Of a DNA stretch of 64,000 bases, positions 20,044 to 30,151 are shown piece by piece. Origin of the DNA: an uncultured Chlamydiae bacterium (lineage in GTDB: Bacteria; Chlamydiota; Chlamydiia; Chlamydiales; Parachlamydiaceae); the NCBI GenBank assembly GCA_963830365.1, contig CAWHMU010000047.1, positions 1-64,000 of the forward strand, in the 5' to 3' direction. The stretch's first letter is position 1, and every line of letters starts with the position of its first letter. Under the pieces are notes generated by a model. The model saw only the letters and a list, made by a program, of their open reading frames with translations, was not told where the DNA came from and made no database searches. A program made the translations under genes and the position numbers.

Positions 20044-21975
20044 CTTACGAAACTTATGCCTGCGTTATTGGTGGATATTTCATCATTTCTCCTGCTTTTG
20101 GAGTCGAAAGGCATTAATCATTAAAAAGGCGGAGGAAAGAACATAATGCCAGGCGATCTTCCGAACGGGATAGCTATGCTTCCCAATGATATTATCGCGA
20201 TTCTTTCCGACCAAGCTACAAAACGGGCATTCAGCACCAGTGCTCGATGGGTCAATTTTTTCCACGAATTTTTGATTACCGCTATTCAACCGGTCTTACT
20301 TTTTTTGTCTTTTTTACGCCGCTACGGCAACTAGTTTATAACCTAATTTTTCAGCTTTTTTATGCAACCCAGCCAAGTTTTTCATTGCATGCATTTTTTC
20401 ATTATATTCGGCTCCTTTTTCATAATATTGCCAGCCTTCCTTACACATGTGATATACCATTGTCGCTAGCTTATGCGCTCCAGCCTTAATCCCTTTAGAG
20501 TTGTCCGTTCGGCCGCATATGCGCCTGATATGTGCTCCCAATGCTGCATCTGATTTTTTAGCTGCCACTGCAGACATTCTTAAAGCTTGTGAAATGTAAT
20601 TGGCGCTTGGTTTTTGCCTTTTGCTTTTACGTCGTTTGCCTCCTGAAACATTGTTGCCGGGGGACAGTTTCAACCAGGAAGAAAATGCTTTTTCGCTATT
20701 CCATGCACTTACGTCAGTCCCTCCAAGTTCTGAATAAATGAGTAGAGCAGTACTATCTGCTATACCTGGCAGGGCAGTTAGGTCTATTCCCGTTTTTCTC
20801 CAGAGAGTGTCTCTGACACCAAAACAAAGATCATTTTTCTTAGGTTTTTTGAATTGAGAAAACTGAGGACGCTTTTTTTTATCCTTATGGTTCTCTGGTG
20901 GAGGCGTATTGACTACATCAGGAAATCGCTCAAGCTCCTTCTGAATGCATTCGTCACATGCGTCCAGCTGTTTATGTGCAAAATCGTATTGATCTAGGGC
21001 TTGCTTTAGCGAAAAAATATGTTCATCTTGATAATTCCCTGTCAGAGCTGCTACAAATAGGCTCTCTTCTTTTTTGCAAAGCTTATTCCTCATTGCAGCT
21101 AACTTATATGGATCTCTTTCACCAGCTGCTATTGCTCGTGTTATATTTAAACCGGAGACTCCCGCTATATCGCTTACAGCGGTGCTCAGCTTGATATTCA
21201 TTAGCTGCAAGGCTTTTTCCATATGCAGAAGTGCATATTGCTTCGTTTTGATGACATTCATGCGCTGTCTTACATACGCCCGCAATTTTAAACGATCGCG
21301 TGGCGGGCGATAAGCAGCTCTTAATAGACCACAAGAATATAATGTTTGGATCCATTGAGCATCCACCACATCAGTTTTTCTCCCTGGTGGATTTTTTACA
21401 TTTTTAGCATCCACTAAGACAGGCATCAAGCCTGATTCTTCCATAATTTCATATAGGGGAATCCAATAAACACCCGTAGCTTCCATAACACCAATTTCTA
21501 CTTTAGCCTCTTTAAGAACTTTGACTATTTCACGGAGTTGAGGTGTCGTTGTACCAAATTCCCTCACGTAAGAACCACCTTTACCATCAGGAATAGCTAC
21601 ATGGATTAGCTTATCTCCTATATCGATGCCAGCAACAGTAGGATCGATATATCCAAGCCTGTTTTTATGTTGTTGTTTTTTGAAATGATTGGAATTGCTA
21701 TTATTAGACATGAACGATCTCCTTTTAGCTTTTTACTGTGAGAAAAAGAAAGCTATTATAAGAGATCGTTCTTTTTTTTTCGAATTATGACAACCGTTAC
21801 TTTCCAGATATCAGCGTTAAACCGCTTGGGCGCTACAAAGAGATGGGCTTGCCTAATGTCGTGCTTTACACCTTTGTCCTGCAAAACCGGATGAGCCTTA
21901 TATATCGCGTTGCTTTTGATCGATTTAACCACGTGAGTTTTGGCGCATCCAAATGTATCGGTTAATCTCTTACGA
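20044..21975 (-). mobile_element. putative full IS110 element bounded by direct repeat CTTACGA
   Basis: CTTACGA at 20044-20050 and 21969-21975; no TIRs; about 260-bp non-coding segments on both sides; boundaries inferred. Confidence 0.5.
20314..21711 (-). CDS. IS110-family DEDD recombinase/transposase
   Basis: VAGIDIG (D), MEATGVYW (E), RKTDVVDA (DD), C-terminal LSPGNNVSGGK. Confidence 0.96.
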   Translation of the reverse strand: MSNNSNSNHFKKQQHKNRLGYIDPTVAGIDIGDKLIHVAIPDGKGGSYVREFGTTTPQLREIVKVLKEAKVEIGVMEATGVYWIPLYEIMEESGLMPVLVDAKNVKNPPGRKTDVVDAQWIQTLYSCGLLRAAYRPPRDRLKLRAYVRQRMNVIKTKQYALLHMEKALQLMNIKLSTAVSDIAGVSGLNITRAIAAGERDPYKLAAMRNKLCKKEESLFVAALTGNYQDEHIFSLKQALDQYDFAHKQLDACDECIQKELERFPDVVNTPPPENHKDKKKRPQFSQFKKPKKNDLCFGVRDTLWRKTGIDLTALPGIADSTALLIYSELGGTDVSAWNSEKAFSSWLKLSPGNNVSGGKRRKSKRQKPSANYISQALRMSAVAAKKSDAALGAHIRRICGRTDNSKGIKAGAHKLATMVYHMCKEGWQYYEKGAEYNEKMHAMKNLAGLHKKAEKLGYKLVAVAA

Positions 21976-21979
21976 GCCT

Positions 21980-24244
21980 TTATCCAGGATTGATGATATC
22001 GCTCAATGGCACTTGAGAATGAGACTGGAAAAGCAGGATGGAGTTTAGGGCTTTTGTCTCTTCCAAAATGTTATTAATATAGTTTTTGTGTGTATCAATA
22101 TCTTTGCTTTCATTCGGTCTTTCAATGCCAACAAAGGTCATGAAAGCATCGGCAGAAAAGTGGGCGATGATTTTGAAGGTTTCTGTTTCGATATTTGGGC
22201 AGACATACACATTGTGTTTCATATTCAGACGGCTGCTTGTCAGATAATTGGTAAAAAACTCTGTGAGATGCTTCTTTGCAATTTCATCAGGAGCGATCAC
22301 ATTCAGCTGGATTTCCACATCGGCATTTTTCTTTCCATGGCAGTACATGTGGGCGATCAATATCATTAGATCGTTGTGTTGTGAAAGTTCATTATTCCAC
22401 CAGATGTCTATTCGGCGGGGTTTTTTTATGGTGGAATTGTAATTTTCTTTTACTTTTAGCAGGATCAGGTTCTTATCAAGACGTTTATCCTCATTTTCGT
22501 TATTATCGAATAGGAGGTTATAATCATTATCATCTGTTAGGTTCATCACCAGGGTGTTGGGACGCAAGGGACCAAACCCGTAAGTCTGGAAGATGTTTTT
22601 TAGGTTCGCTTTTATATAGTCGTGATCAAAAAAATCAACAATCGCTTCAACCTTATTCTTTTTTAAAAAACTTTGGCAATATGTTAAACTTTTTTCCTGG
22701 TTAAAAGTCTTTCCATCAGTATTGTGCGAATGCAGGAATGTTAGGAACCCCTTTTCTTCGGTGATGCTGGAAACAAAGTCGAGCAGAAAGGGGTGGGGAA
22801 TGAGGTTTTTTGAATAGGTAAGGACGTTAGGGCGCCACGATTTTGGAGAAAACTGCGTAGTGGCCAAACGCAATATTACATAGCGTGATAAAAAGAGTAG
22901 TATCCCTTTACGGATGTCATCCCAACCGCTTTTCAACTTTCTGGTAAGCAAAAGGTAAATCAGCGACACCAGAAATAATGAAATCAGAGTGGCTCCTGCA
23001 TCAATCAACAGCATGGCCATCATGCAAAGGCAGGTGCCGCCGATTGAGATATAGGCTGGAATGGAAATTGTAGGACGCCAGCTTGGATTGTTCATCAAGC
23101 TCTCCAAACCCGTAGCAAGGTTGAGTATGCCATAGCTGATAAGGAAAAACATCGTCAAAATCGGAGCCAGGAAATCCAGATCGCCCAGATACAGGCATAA
23201 GCCCGCAATGGCGAGTGTGATAGCACTGGCTATGCGAGGTTCCTTGTCTTTCCCGAATTCCTTTCCGATGATCTTATGAATCACTTTGTCATCGGCAATT
23301 GCCTGAAGAGTTCTTGGTGCAGCTAAAATGGCTCCGAGAGCACTCGACAGAGTAGCTCCGAAGATGCCGATGATGATGAGAGGGCCGCACCAGGCGGTGT
23401 GTTCAATAATCATGGTATCGCTGAGAAGCAGGCTGCGTGGAACCCTTATCCACAGCAGATAGACTATCGACAGATAGATTAATAGTCCCATGATCACGGC
23501 AGAGACGGTCCCTATCGGCAGGGAGCGGCGCGGATTTCTCAGTTCTCCCGACATGGAAACTCCCGACTCAAGGCCGGTGACGGCAGGGAAAAAGAGGGCA
23601 AATGCCGCCCAGTAACCGACAGTCGGGACGAAAGGTGTGTTGGTTTCAACCTGTTCAGTGGCCTCTATACCCATGTAGAAGGATATGAGCGAGAGCATGA
23701 CGAGGAAGAAAATCAATAATTGGGTGCGCATGACGAGCTTGGTGGAAATAATGCTGATTATGCCGAGAGTAACAAGGGTGGAAAATTCAATCACATCCAA
23801 GGATAGCCAAGGGATGAGGTAGTGCACGGATTCGGCAAAGCCCATGATATAGAATGCGATGCCGATGGCTTGCGCCAGATAGAGTGATATGCCGATGGCA
23901 CTGCCAATATTCACGCCGAAGGATCGTGAAATTATGAAATATGTTCCGCCGCGCCCGACGAACATGTTTGTCGAAGATGCCGAGATGGAAAGGGCTGTGA
24001 TCAGTGTTATCGATGTAGCAAGGCAGATAATGGAAATGGTTGACAGGAACCCAATTTCGCCAAGGATCGTCCCCAACCTTAAGTATAAGATAACACCCAA
24101 AATGGACAGTATGCTGGGCAGAAATACTCCGTGAAAAGTGCGAAAGCCTTCAGCGCCCTTTTTGACGAGCAGGAAGTTTTTGATAGCGGTGAAGAATAAA
24201 GCTAGTTTGCTTTCATTCATTAAGGGTGCGGTTTGTTGTGACAT
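21980..24244 (-). CDS. cation-chloride cotransporter (SLC12/CCC-like APC permease)
   Basis: GVFLPSILSILGVILYLRLG, FFPAVTG, NPSWRP, KSWRPNVL, RIDIWW cytosolic domain; start uncertain. Confidence 0.88.
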   Translation of the reverse strand: MSQQTAPLMNESKLALFFTAIKNFLLVKKGAEGFRTFHGVFLPSILSILGVILYLRLGTILGEIGFLSTISIICLATSITLITALSISASSTNMFVGRGGTYFIISRSFGVNIGSAIGISLYLAQAIGIAFYIMGFAESVHYLIPWLSLDVIEFSTLVTLGIISIISTKLVMRTQLLIFFLVMLSLISFYMGIEATEQVETNTPFVPTVGYWAAFALFFPAVTGLESGVSMSGELRNPRRSLPIGTVSAVIMGLLIYLSIVYLLWIRVPRSLLLSDTMIIEHTAWCGPLIIIGIFGATLSSALGAILAAPRTLQAIADDKVIHKIIGKEFGKDKEPRIASAITLAIAGLCLYLGDLDFLAPILTMFFLISYGILNLATGLESLMNNPSWRPTISIPAYISIGGTCLCMMAMLLIDAGATLISLFLVSLIYLLLTRKLKSGWDDIRKGILLFLSRYVILRLATTQFSPKSWRPNVLTYSKNLIPHPFLLDFVSSITEEKGFLTFLHSHNTDGKTFNQEKSLTYCQSFLKKNKVEAIVDFFDHDYIKANLKNIFQTYGFGPLRPNTLVMNLTDDNDYNLLFDNNENEDKRLDKNLILLKVKENYNSTIKKPRRIDIWWNNELSQHNDLMILIAHMYCHGKKNADVEIQLNVIAPDEIAKKHLTEFFTNYLTSSRLNMKHNVYVCPNIETETFKIIAHFSADAFMTFVGIERPNESKDIDTHKNYINNILEETKALNSILLFQSHSQVPLSDIINPG

Positions 24245-24373
24245 AGTGCCTGTATAGAAAGTTTGTATTTGTTTGTATTGCACCAGCTTGCGGCAGCCAT
24301 TTTATGGGATTTTGATTTGTTTAACAATGCTTAAACCAGTATACTCACTGGCAATATTTAAACATGAGGATCT

Positions 24374-25354
24374 GTGTTGTTACAAGTAGCCCCTCCGCTA
24401 TGGAGGCAAATCCTGCGCAAAAATTTCGTCGATATCGCCAAACTGGCAGATTTCTTAGAGCTTGATCCCTTGCAAAGGGAATGTCTGGTGGCACGTCCGC
24501 GCTTTGTGCTGAATCTGCCCATGCGCCTGGCTGCTAAGATCGCCAAAGGCACGCTGGAAGATCCTCTGTTGAAACAGTTTTTGCCGATTACTGCCGAAAA
24601 TGCAGTGCTGCCTGGTTTCGTCAGCGATCCGGTCGGCGACACCCCTTGCCGTAAAGCTGATAAGCTGTTGCATAAATACCAAGGGCGCGTGCTGCTCATT
24701 GCCACTAGCGCCTGCGCGATGCACTGCCGTTACTGCTTCAGACAGCATTTCGATTATGAGCACGAGGATAAGAGCTTTGAAACAGAACTGCAACTGATTG
24801 CGGCCGATGTTTCCATTAAAGAAGTGATTTTAAGCGGGGGCGACCCCTTGTCCCTTGATGATCGCATGCTGGAGAGTCTGCTGCGCCGCCTCGCGGCCAT
24901 CCCGCATGTGCGCAAAGTCCGCTTCCACACGCGCTTTCCCATCGGCATACCCGAACGCCTCAATGAAGCTTTCCGTGCCATGCTCAGCAGCATCCCTTTG
25001 CAATTCTGGTTCGTCATCCATGCCAACCACCCGCGAGAACTTGATCAGGATGTGTTACAAGCTCTGAAAGAGATCCAGCGCCTGGGCATCCCCGTGCTTA
25101 ATCAATGTGTGCTGTTGCGCGATGTCAATGATGATGTCGATGTCTTGACCGAGCTTTGTGAACTGCTAATTGATAACGGCATTACTCCATACTACCTGCA
25201 TCAGCTCGACCGCGTCCAGGGCGCCGCCCACTTCGAAGTGACGGAAGAGCGCGGCCTAAAGCTTGTCGCAGAGCTTGCCACCCGCCTGCCGGGCTATGCC
25301 GTGCCGCGCTATGTCAAGGAAATCTCCGGCATGCCCAGCAAAACCCCCATCTAA
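24374..25354 (+). CDS. epmB: KamA-family radical SAM enzyme (EF-P beta-lysylation EpmB-like)
   Basis: LLHKYQGRVLL, CAMHCRYCFR, LSGGDPL, HANHPREL, PYYLHQLDRVQGAAHF. Confidence 0.88.
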   Translation: MLLQVAPPLWRQILRKNFVDIAKLADFLELDPLQRECLVARPRFVLNLPMRLAAKIAKGTLEDPLLKQFLPITAENAVLPGFVSDPVGDTPCRKADKLLHKYQGRVLLIATSACAMHCRYCFRQHFDYEHEDKSFETELQLIAADVSIKEVILSGGDPLSLDDRMLESLLRRLAAIPHVRKVRFHTRFPIGIPERLNEAFRAMLSSIPLQFWFVIHANHPRELDQDVLQALKEIQRLGIPVLNQCVLLRDVNDDVDVLTELCELLIDNGITPYYLHQLDRVQGAAHFEVTEERGLKLVAELATRLPGYAVPRYVKEISGMPSKTPI

Positions 25355-25406
25355 TATCTCCACATTTTTCGTGCCCGTGTCCCTTTGTGTGCCCGAATTC
25401 TCGATG

Positions 25407-25559
25407 TTTACCACAGAGGCACAGAGACACAGAGAAGGACTAGTCTTTTGGATATATACCCATCTGGTTAAAAAAAAATACAGCATAGGCAAGATCGGGC
25501 AGGATAAACACAGGGGTTTTTCTTAGACCTTCTCTGTGTCTCTGTGCCTCTGTGGTGAA
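25407..25559. repeat. CACAGAG family palindromic element, copy 2
   Basis: ttaccacagaggcacagagacacagagaagg / ccttctctgtgtctctgtgcctctgtggtgaa between convergent epmB and argS. Confidence 0.9.
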
Positions 25560-25579
25560 CCTGCAGCCTGTTTTCCGAT

Positions 25580-27340
25580 CTACATCTTTTCGACGGTTTT
25601 AAGGCCGAGGATTTCCATACCCTGGCGCATGACGCGGGCGACGACTTCGCACAGCAGCAGGCGTGAATTTTGCTGGGGCGAGCCTTCGACGCGGCAGTCG
25701 CGGAAGAAGGCGTTGAATTTTTCTGCCAAGGTATATAGGTATTCGCTGAGGCGGTTGGGGAGCAGGTCTTCGGCGACCTGATCGAGGGCTTCGCCAAACT
25801 GTGCCAGGTGGACCCCTAGGGCGATTTCGGCAGGGTGTTCCAGCTTGATGCTGTGGTTTAGGCGCAGCATATCGATGCTGGCGTTGATTTTGCGTTTGAT
25901 GCCGGCCACCCTCACATAGGCATACATCAAAAAGGCTGCGGTATTGCCTTCAAAGCGCAACATTCTGTCGTAGCTGAAGACATAGTCGCCAGTGCGGTGG
26001 CATGACAGGTCGGCATATTTGATGGCACCAATCCCTAGGGCTTTGGCCAATACTAGCCTTTCATCGGATGGCATTTCAGGCGAGCGTTCGGCCAGGATTT
26101 TATCCGCATGCTCGATAGCGGCCTGCAGCAGGTCTATGAGACGCTCGGTGTCGCCTGAGCGGGTGCGGAATTTCTTGCCATCGGGACCGATCACGAGGCC
26201 AAAGGGGACGTGATCGGCTCTTACCTTTTTAGGGTCCAGGTAGCCGGCTTTTTCGGCGGCTTTAAAGATCATGCTGAAATGCTGGGCCTGTCCGGCATCG
26301 GTGACGATCATCAGGCGTTGGCATTTTTCAGTTTCGATGCGTTGGCGAATGGCTGCCATATCGGTGGTGTCGTAATTATAGCCGCCATCGGATTTCTGGA
26401 TCATGAGGGGGAGGGGATCGCCCTCGCGGTTTTGGAAGCCTTCGATGAAGATGCATTTGGCGCCATTGGAAATGGTGACAAGGCCTTTAGCTTCCAGATC
26501 GGCGACGGTATCGGCCAGCATCGGATTGTAAAAGGATTCGCCGCGTTCGATGACATGGACATCCAGCAGGTCGTAAATCTCCTGGTAGGCTTTGCGCGAA
26601 ATGTCGCAGATGATCTGCCAGGCTTTGAGGGTGTGCGGGTCGCCTCCCTGCAGGGCGACGACTTCCAGCTGGGATTTCTTTTTGAATTCGGGGTCGTCAT
26701 CGAAGCGTTGTTTGGAGGCTCTATACCAGGCCACCAGGTGTGTCAGATTGGTAGATTCTTCTCCGCTAAGCACTTGCGGCGCCTGTTCTTTCATATAGGC
26801 TATCAGCATGCCGAAGGCCGTGCCCCAATCGCCGATATGGTTTAAGCGCAGCACCTCATAGCCAAGAAACTCAAAAAGACGCGCCAGGCAGTCGCCGATG
26901 ATGGTGGAGCGTAGATGTCCCACATGCATTTCTTTAGCGGTATTGGGAGCCGAGAAATCTACAATCACGCGTTCTTTGCGCTTATTGCTATCTATGCCAA
27001 GGTGTGCATCATGCAACATGCCGTTAAGATAATGCGAGATGAAATGCGGTGCAAGCGTCAGGTTGATGAAGCCCGCCCCTGCAATGGTGGGTTCCAAAAG
27101 TATGGGATGCCCGTGAACATCGTTTCTATCGAGCTTGGGCACGAGGGCTTCGGCGATTTCGCGCGGCTTAAGCTGCAGTATTTTGGCCAGCTTCATGGCG
27201 GAATTGCATTGATAATGTCCGAATTTGTCTTGTGTGCTTTGGACAACTTCAAGCGGGATTTCTGCCTTTTCAAGCTGTGGATAGGTTGCTAAAATGGCCT
27301 GGCGGAATTTTTCACGCAGCAGATCTATTATTTTTTGCAT
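25580..27340 (-). CDS. argS: arginine--tRNA ligase
   Basis: FGHYQCN, VDFSAPNTAKEMHVGHLRSTIIG, NHIGDWG; start MQKII. Confidence 0.98.
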   Translation of the reverse strand: MQKIIDLLREKFRQAILATYPQLEKAEIPLEVVQSTQDKFGHYQCNSAMKLAKILQLKPREIAEALVPKLDRNDVHGHPILLEPTIAGAGFINLTLAPHFISHYLNGMLHDAHLGIDSNKRKERVIVDFSAPNTAKEMHVGHLRSTIIGDCLARLFEFLGYEVLRLNHIGDWGTAFGMLIAYMKEQAPQVLSGEESTNLTHLVAWYRASKQRFDDDPEFKKKSQLEVVALQGGDPHTLKAWQIICDISRKAYQEIYDLLDVHVIERGESFYNPMLADTVADLEAKGLVTISNGAKCIFIEGFQNREGDPLPLMIQKSDGGYNYDTTDMAAIRQRIETEKCQRLMIVTDAGQAQHFSMIFKAAEKAGYLDPKKVRADHVPFGLVIGPDGKKFRTRSGDTERLIDLLQAAIEHADKILAERSPEMPSDERLVLAKALGIGAIKYADLSCHRTGDYVFSYDRMLRFEGNTAAFLMYAYVRVAGIKRKINASIDMLRLNHSIKLEHPAEIALGVHLAQFGEALDQVAEDLLPNRLSEYLYTLAEKFNAFFRDCRVEGSPQQNSRLLLCEVVARVMRQGMEILGLKTVEKM

Positions 27341-27356
27341 AATTAAAGGATAAAGT

Positions 27357-28436
27357 TTAATGGGTAAATAATATGGGGTGGGTGCGTTTGCCGACAAAAT
27401 GTTTCAGATTGTATTCAGCGATCTCATCAGCTACTGCGCTCGTCGTCTTGTTTTCAGCTTCGGCCCGGCGGAATATCTGCAACAGGTGGTCGAAAATGCG
27501 GTTGACCTTATCGCGCGAAGTTTTTGGATTGTAGCCTTCGGGGTCGAATTCAATCGAGGCGTTAATGATGCCGCCGGCATTGATGATGAAATCAGGGGCA
27601 TAAAGGATACCCCGATCCAGCAACTGCTGGCTCTGTTCCCTGCTAGCCAGCTGGTTGTTGGCGCCGCCGGCCACGGCTTGGCAGCGCAGCAAAGGCACAG
27701 TTTCTGCATTGATGATCCCGCCCAAGGCGCAGGGAGCAAAGATGTCGCAGTCTACCTGGAAGATATCGCCGGCATCGATGCTGCGCGCGCCGAAATCATG
27801 TACATACTTATGCACTAGTGGCTGGTCGATATCGCACACGATTAAATCGGCACCCTGCCAAAACAGCAGGTTTGCCAATTTGCTGCCCACGCTGCCAAGG
27901 CCTTGGATGGCGATGGTTTTGCCCTGCAGGGAAGGGGAATTCCATAATTTCTGCGCCGCCGCCTGGATGCCGCGGAAGATCCCCCAGGCGGTGTAAGGAC
28001 TGGGATCGCCGCTGCTTTTGTCTTTGGAGGTGGCGGCCACATAGGGCGTACGTTGGTGAATGAGGTTCATATCCGAGGTGTTGGAGCCGACGTCTTCTGC
28101 AGCGATATAAAGTCCTTTCAGAGAATCGACAACTTCAGCAAAGGCGTGCAGCAGCTCGGTGGTCTTATCTTTATGCGGATCGGCGATGATCACGCTTTTG
28201 CCCCCGCCTAATCCGTCTTCAATAGCGGCAGATTTGTATGTCATGGCCTTGGCAAGACGTAAGGCATCTTGCAAAGCATCGTCACTGGAGGCATATTTAT
28301 GGATGCGCGTGCCTCCCAACGACGGGCCGAGATCGCAATTATGAATGGCGATGAAGCAATGCAATCCTCTGGCGGGATCAAGTCCTTCGATGACTTTCTT
28401 GTAGCCGGGAATGGCGAGCTCTTTAATTGTCAGCAT
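27357..28436 (-). CDS. leucine dehydrogenase (Glu/Leu/Phe/Val family)
   Basis: GPSLGGTR, LAKAMTYKSA, GGGKSVI, AEDVG, PCALGG, GGANNQL. Confidence 0.93.
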   Translation of the reverse strand: MLTIKELAIPGYKKVIEGLDPARGLHCFIAIHNCDLGPSLGGTRIHKYASSDDALQDALRLAKAMTYKSAAIEDGLGGGKSVIIADPHKDKTTELLHAFAEVVDSLKGLYIAAEDVGSNTSDMNLIHQRTPYVAATSKDKSSGDPSPYTAWGIFRGIQAAAQKLWNSPSLQGKTIAIQGLGSVGSKLANLLFWQGADLIVCDIDQPLVHKYVHDFGARSIDAGDIFQVDCDIFAPCALGGIINAETVPLLRCQAVAGGANNQLASREQSQQLLDRGILYAPDFIINAGGIINASIEFDPEGYNPKTSRDKVNRIFDHLLQIFRRAEAENKTTSAVADEIAEYNLKHFVGKRTHPILFTH

Positions 28437-28534
28437 GATGATGCCTATGGCTTTAGTTGTTGGTGAATAAGGTATACCGAGCATGCTCCATCAAGCAAGA
28501 AAAATCTCCGCAATTTTCGGGCCCGAATTCTCTA

Positions 28535-28815
28535 TTTTCACCATAGAGGCATAGAGGCATAGAGACATAGAGGCACATAGGGGGAACACACGCCTAAGAC
28601 TAAATCATGGCATAGCATCTTATAAAAATAAAATAAGAGGGTACGCACGATAGGCAAGTTAAATACAGGAAGATGATAGGCAGCCTCCAGTGGGAGTCTG
28701 TCTTTTCCTCTGTTTCCGCCTGCATTTATCCGGCCGATGCTGATATTAATTTTTAGGCTGCTGTGCCCTTTATCAGGACTGAGCTAGATCTTTCTCTGTG
28801 CCTCAGTGGTGAAAA
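28535..28815. repeat. CACAGAG family element, copy 3 (CATAGAGG variant), with GTGCCC-type outer arms
   Basis: ttttcaccatagaggcatagaggcatagagacatagagg / tctctgtgcctcagtggtgaaaa. Confidence 0.8.
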
Positions 28816-28964
28816 TTGGAAATTTAGACAAAGGTGCGGGCACGGAAATTAACCCTTCCCTCCTAATAATTTTGTTGCTGCATAATCTGATTGATGGTTA
28901 TACTAGCCAATTAATTGTCCAGCCAGTATTCAATCACGTATAAAATCATGTCATAGAGGTTACG

Positions 28965-29684
28965 ATGTCGGTTGTCATTACAGAAGAGATCAAGCATGAG
29001 CTGCAACGCTTTCTCGAGGAAAATAGTTCAGCCGAGCTCATTAACACCTATCTATATTTTATCGAGCTCAAGTTTAATCTTAAGCCGGTGGTCTTCCCCA
29101 AGGATAAAATCATTTATCAGAGTGCTGAAGATGCCGTGCGCCAGCTGGAGAAAGAGGGCAAGTTATGGCATGAAGCCGAAATCAAAATCGGTTTTAGCAA
29201 CCAGAGCGTAAACGAACTGACCAAAAAGATCTATATCTGCCCTTTTACCGGCAAAGTATTTGGCGATAACACCCACCCCAATCCCCAAGATGCGATTTAC
29301 GATTGGATATCCAAATGCCCGGAAAACAAGGAACGCATTGGCGGCTTGCCTGCCAAACGCTTTCATATTTCTGAAGATCCAGAAGTCATTCAAAGCTATC
29401 TTGCCAAAGTAAAGCATAAAGAACCGATCACTAAAGTGGTTTATTCTTCAGTCTTGAATGGCAAATTGTTCATCAGCAAACAAGCTGTCATCGACGATTT
29501 TAAAGCCAACTATCTGAAACGCGTGTCGCTGGTTGAAGTACAGAGTCAAAACCGTTTCCAGATTGAAGAGCATTTCTTGGCTTTCATCCAGAAACAGCTG
29601 GCCGAAGAAAAAGTCGGGGTCTTTGTCGAAGCCTTGGCCGATTTTAAAGAATTCATGCCTTTTGTCGAGCAGTGGGTGGAATAA
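28965..29684 (+). CDS. conserved chlamydial protein (DUF2709-like)
   Basis: KKIYICPFTGKVFGDN, NPQDAIYDW; precedes tsaE. Confidence 0.75.
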   Translation: MSVVITEEIKHELQRFLEENSSAELINTYLYFIELKFNLKPVVFPKDKIIYQSAEDAVRQLEKEGKLWHEAEIKIGFSNQSVNELTKKIYICPFTGKVFGDNTHPNPQDAIYDWISKCPENKERIGGLPAKRFHISEDPEVIQSYLAKVKHKEPITKVVYSSVLNGKLFISKQAVIDDFKANYLKRVSLVEVQSQNRFQIEEHFLAFIQKQLAEEKVGVFVEALADFKEFMPFVEQWVE

Positions 29685-29714
29685 GGCAGAACACTACGCC
29701 GCATTAGAGCGATT

Positions 29715-30143
29715 ATGGTTCAATATATCTCGCATTCTGCGGTCGAGACCCGGGCCTTAGGCATGGATATCGGTAAAGCATTGCCTGTCAACACCCTCCT
29801 CTGTTTTTATGGCGATCTTGGAGCCGGCAAGACTACTTTTATTAAAGGCCTTGCTGCCGGCGTGCTGGGGAGTTCCGGCGAAGAGGTTAATAGCCCAACC
29901 TTCACCTATCTCAATATCTACCATGGCATAAAGACACTCTATCATTTTGATCTCTACCGTTTGCGTGATGTAGACGAATTTTTAGGCATGGGTTTTGACG
30001 AGATGTTCGATGCCGGGGGGGTATGTTGCATCGAATGGGCAGAAAAACTCGCCCCCTTGGCATTGCCGATGGCCATCCGGATTGAGATGGCTCACCTCGG
30101 TGGCGACAGCAGGTCTATTGAAATTACCCCGGTATTGGATTAA
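29715..30143 (+). CDS. tsaE: tRNA threonylcarbamoyladenosine biosynthesis ATPase
   Basis: GDLGAGKTTF, SPTF, HFDLYRL, IEW. Confidence 0.96.
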   Translation: MVQYISHSAVETRALGMDIGKALPVNTLLCFYGDLGAGKTTFIKGLAAGVLGSSGEEVNSPTFTYLNIYHGIKTLYHFDLYRLRDVDEFLGMGFDEMFDAGGVCCIEWAEKLAPLALPMAIRIEMAHLGGDSRSIEITPVLD

Positions 30144-30151
30144 AATAAATT

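Noticed and set aside
26210..26845. Long antisense or alternate-frame ORFs (also 31950-32546, 44343-44915, 56000-56575, 12609-13178)
   Set aside because: Shadow ORFs overlapping better-supported genes
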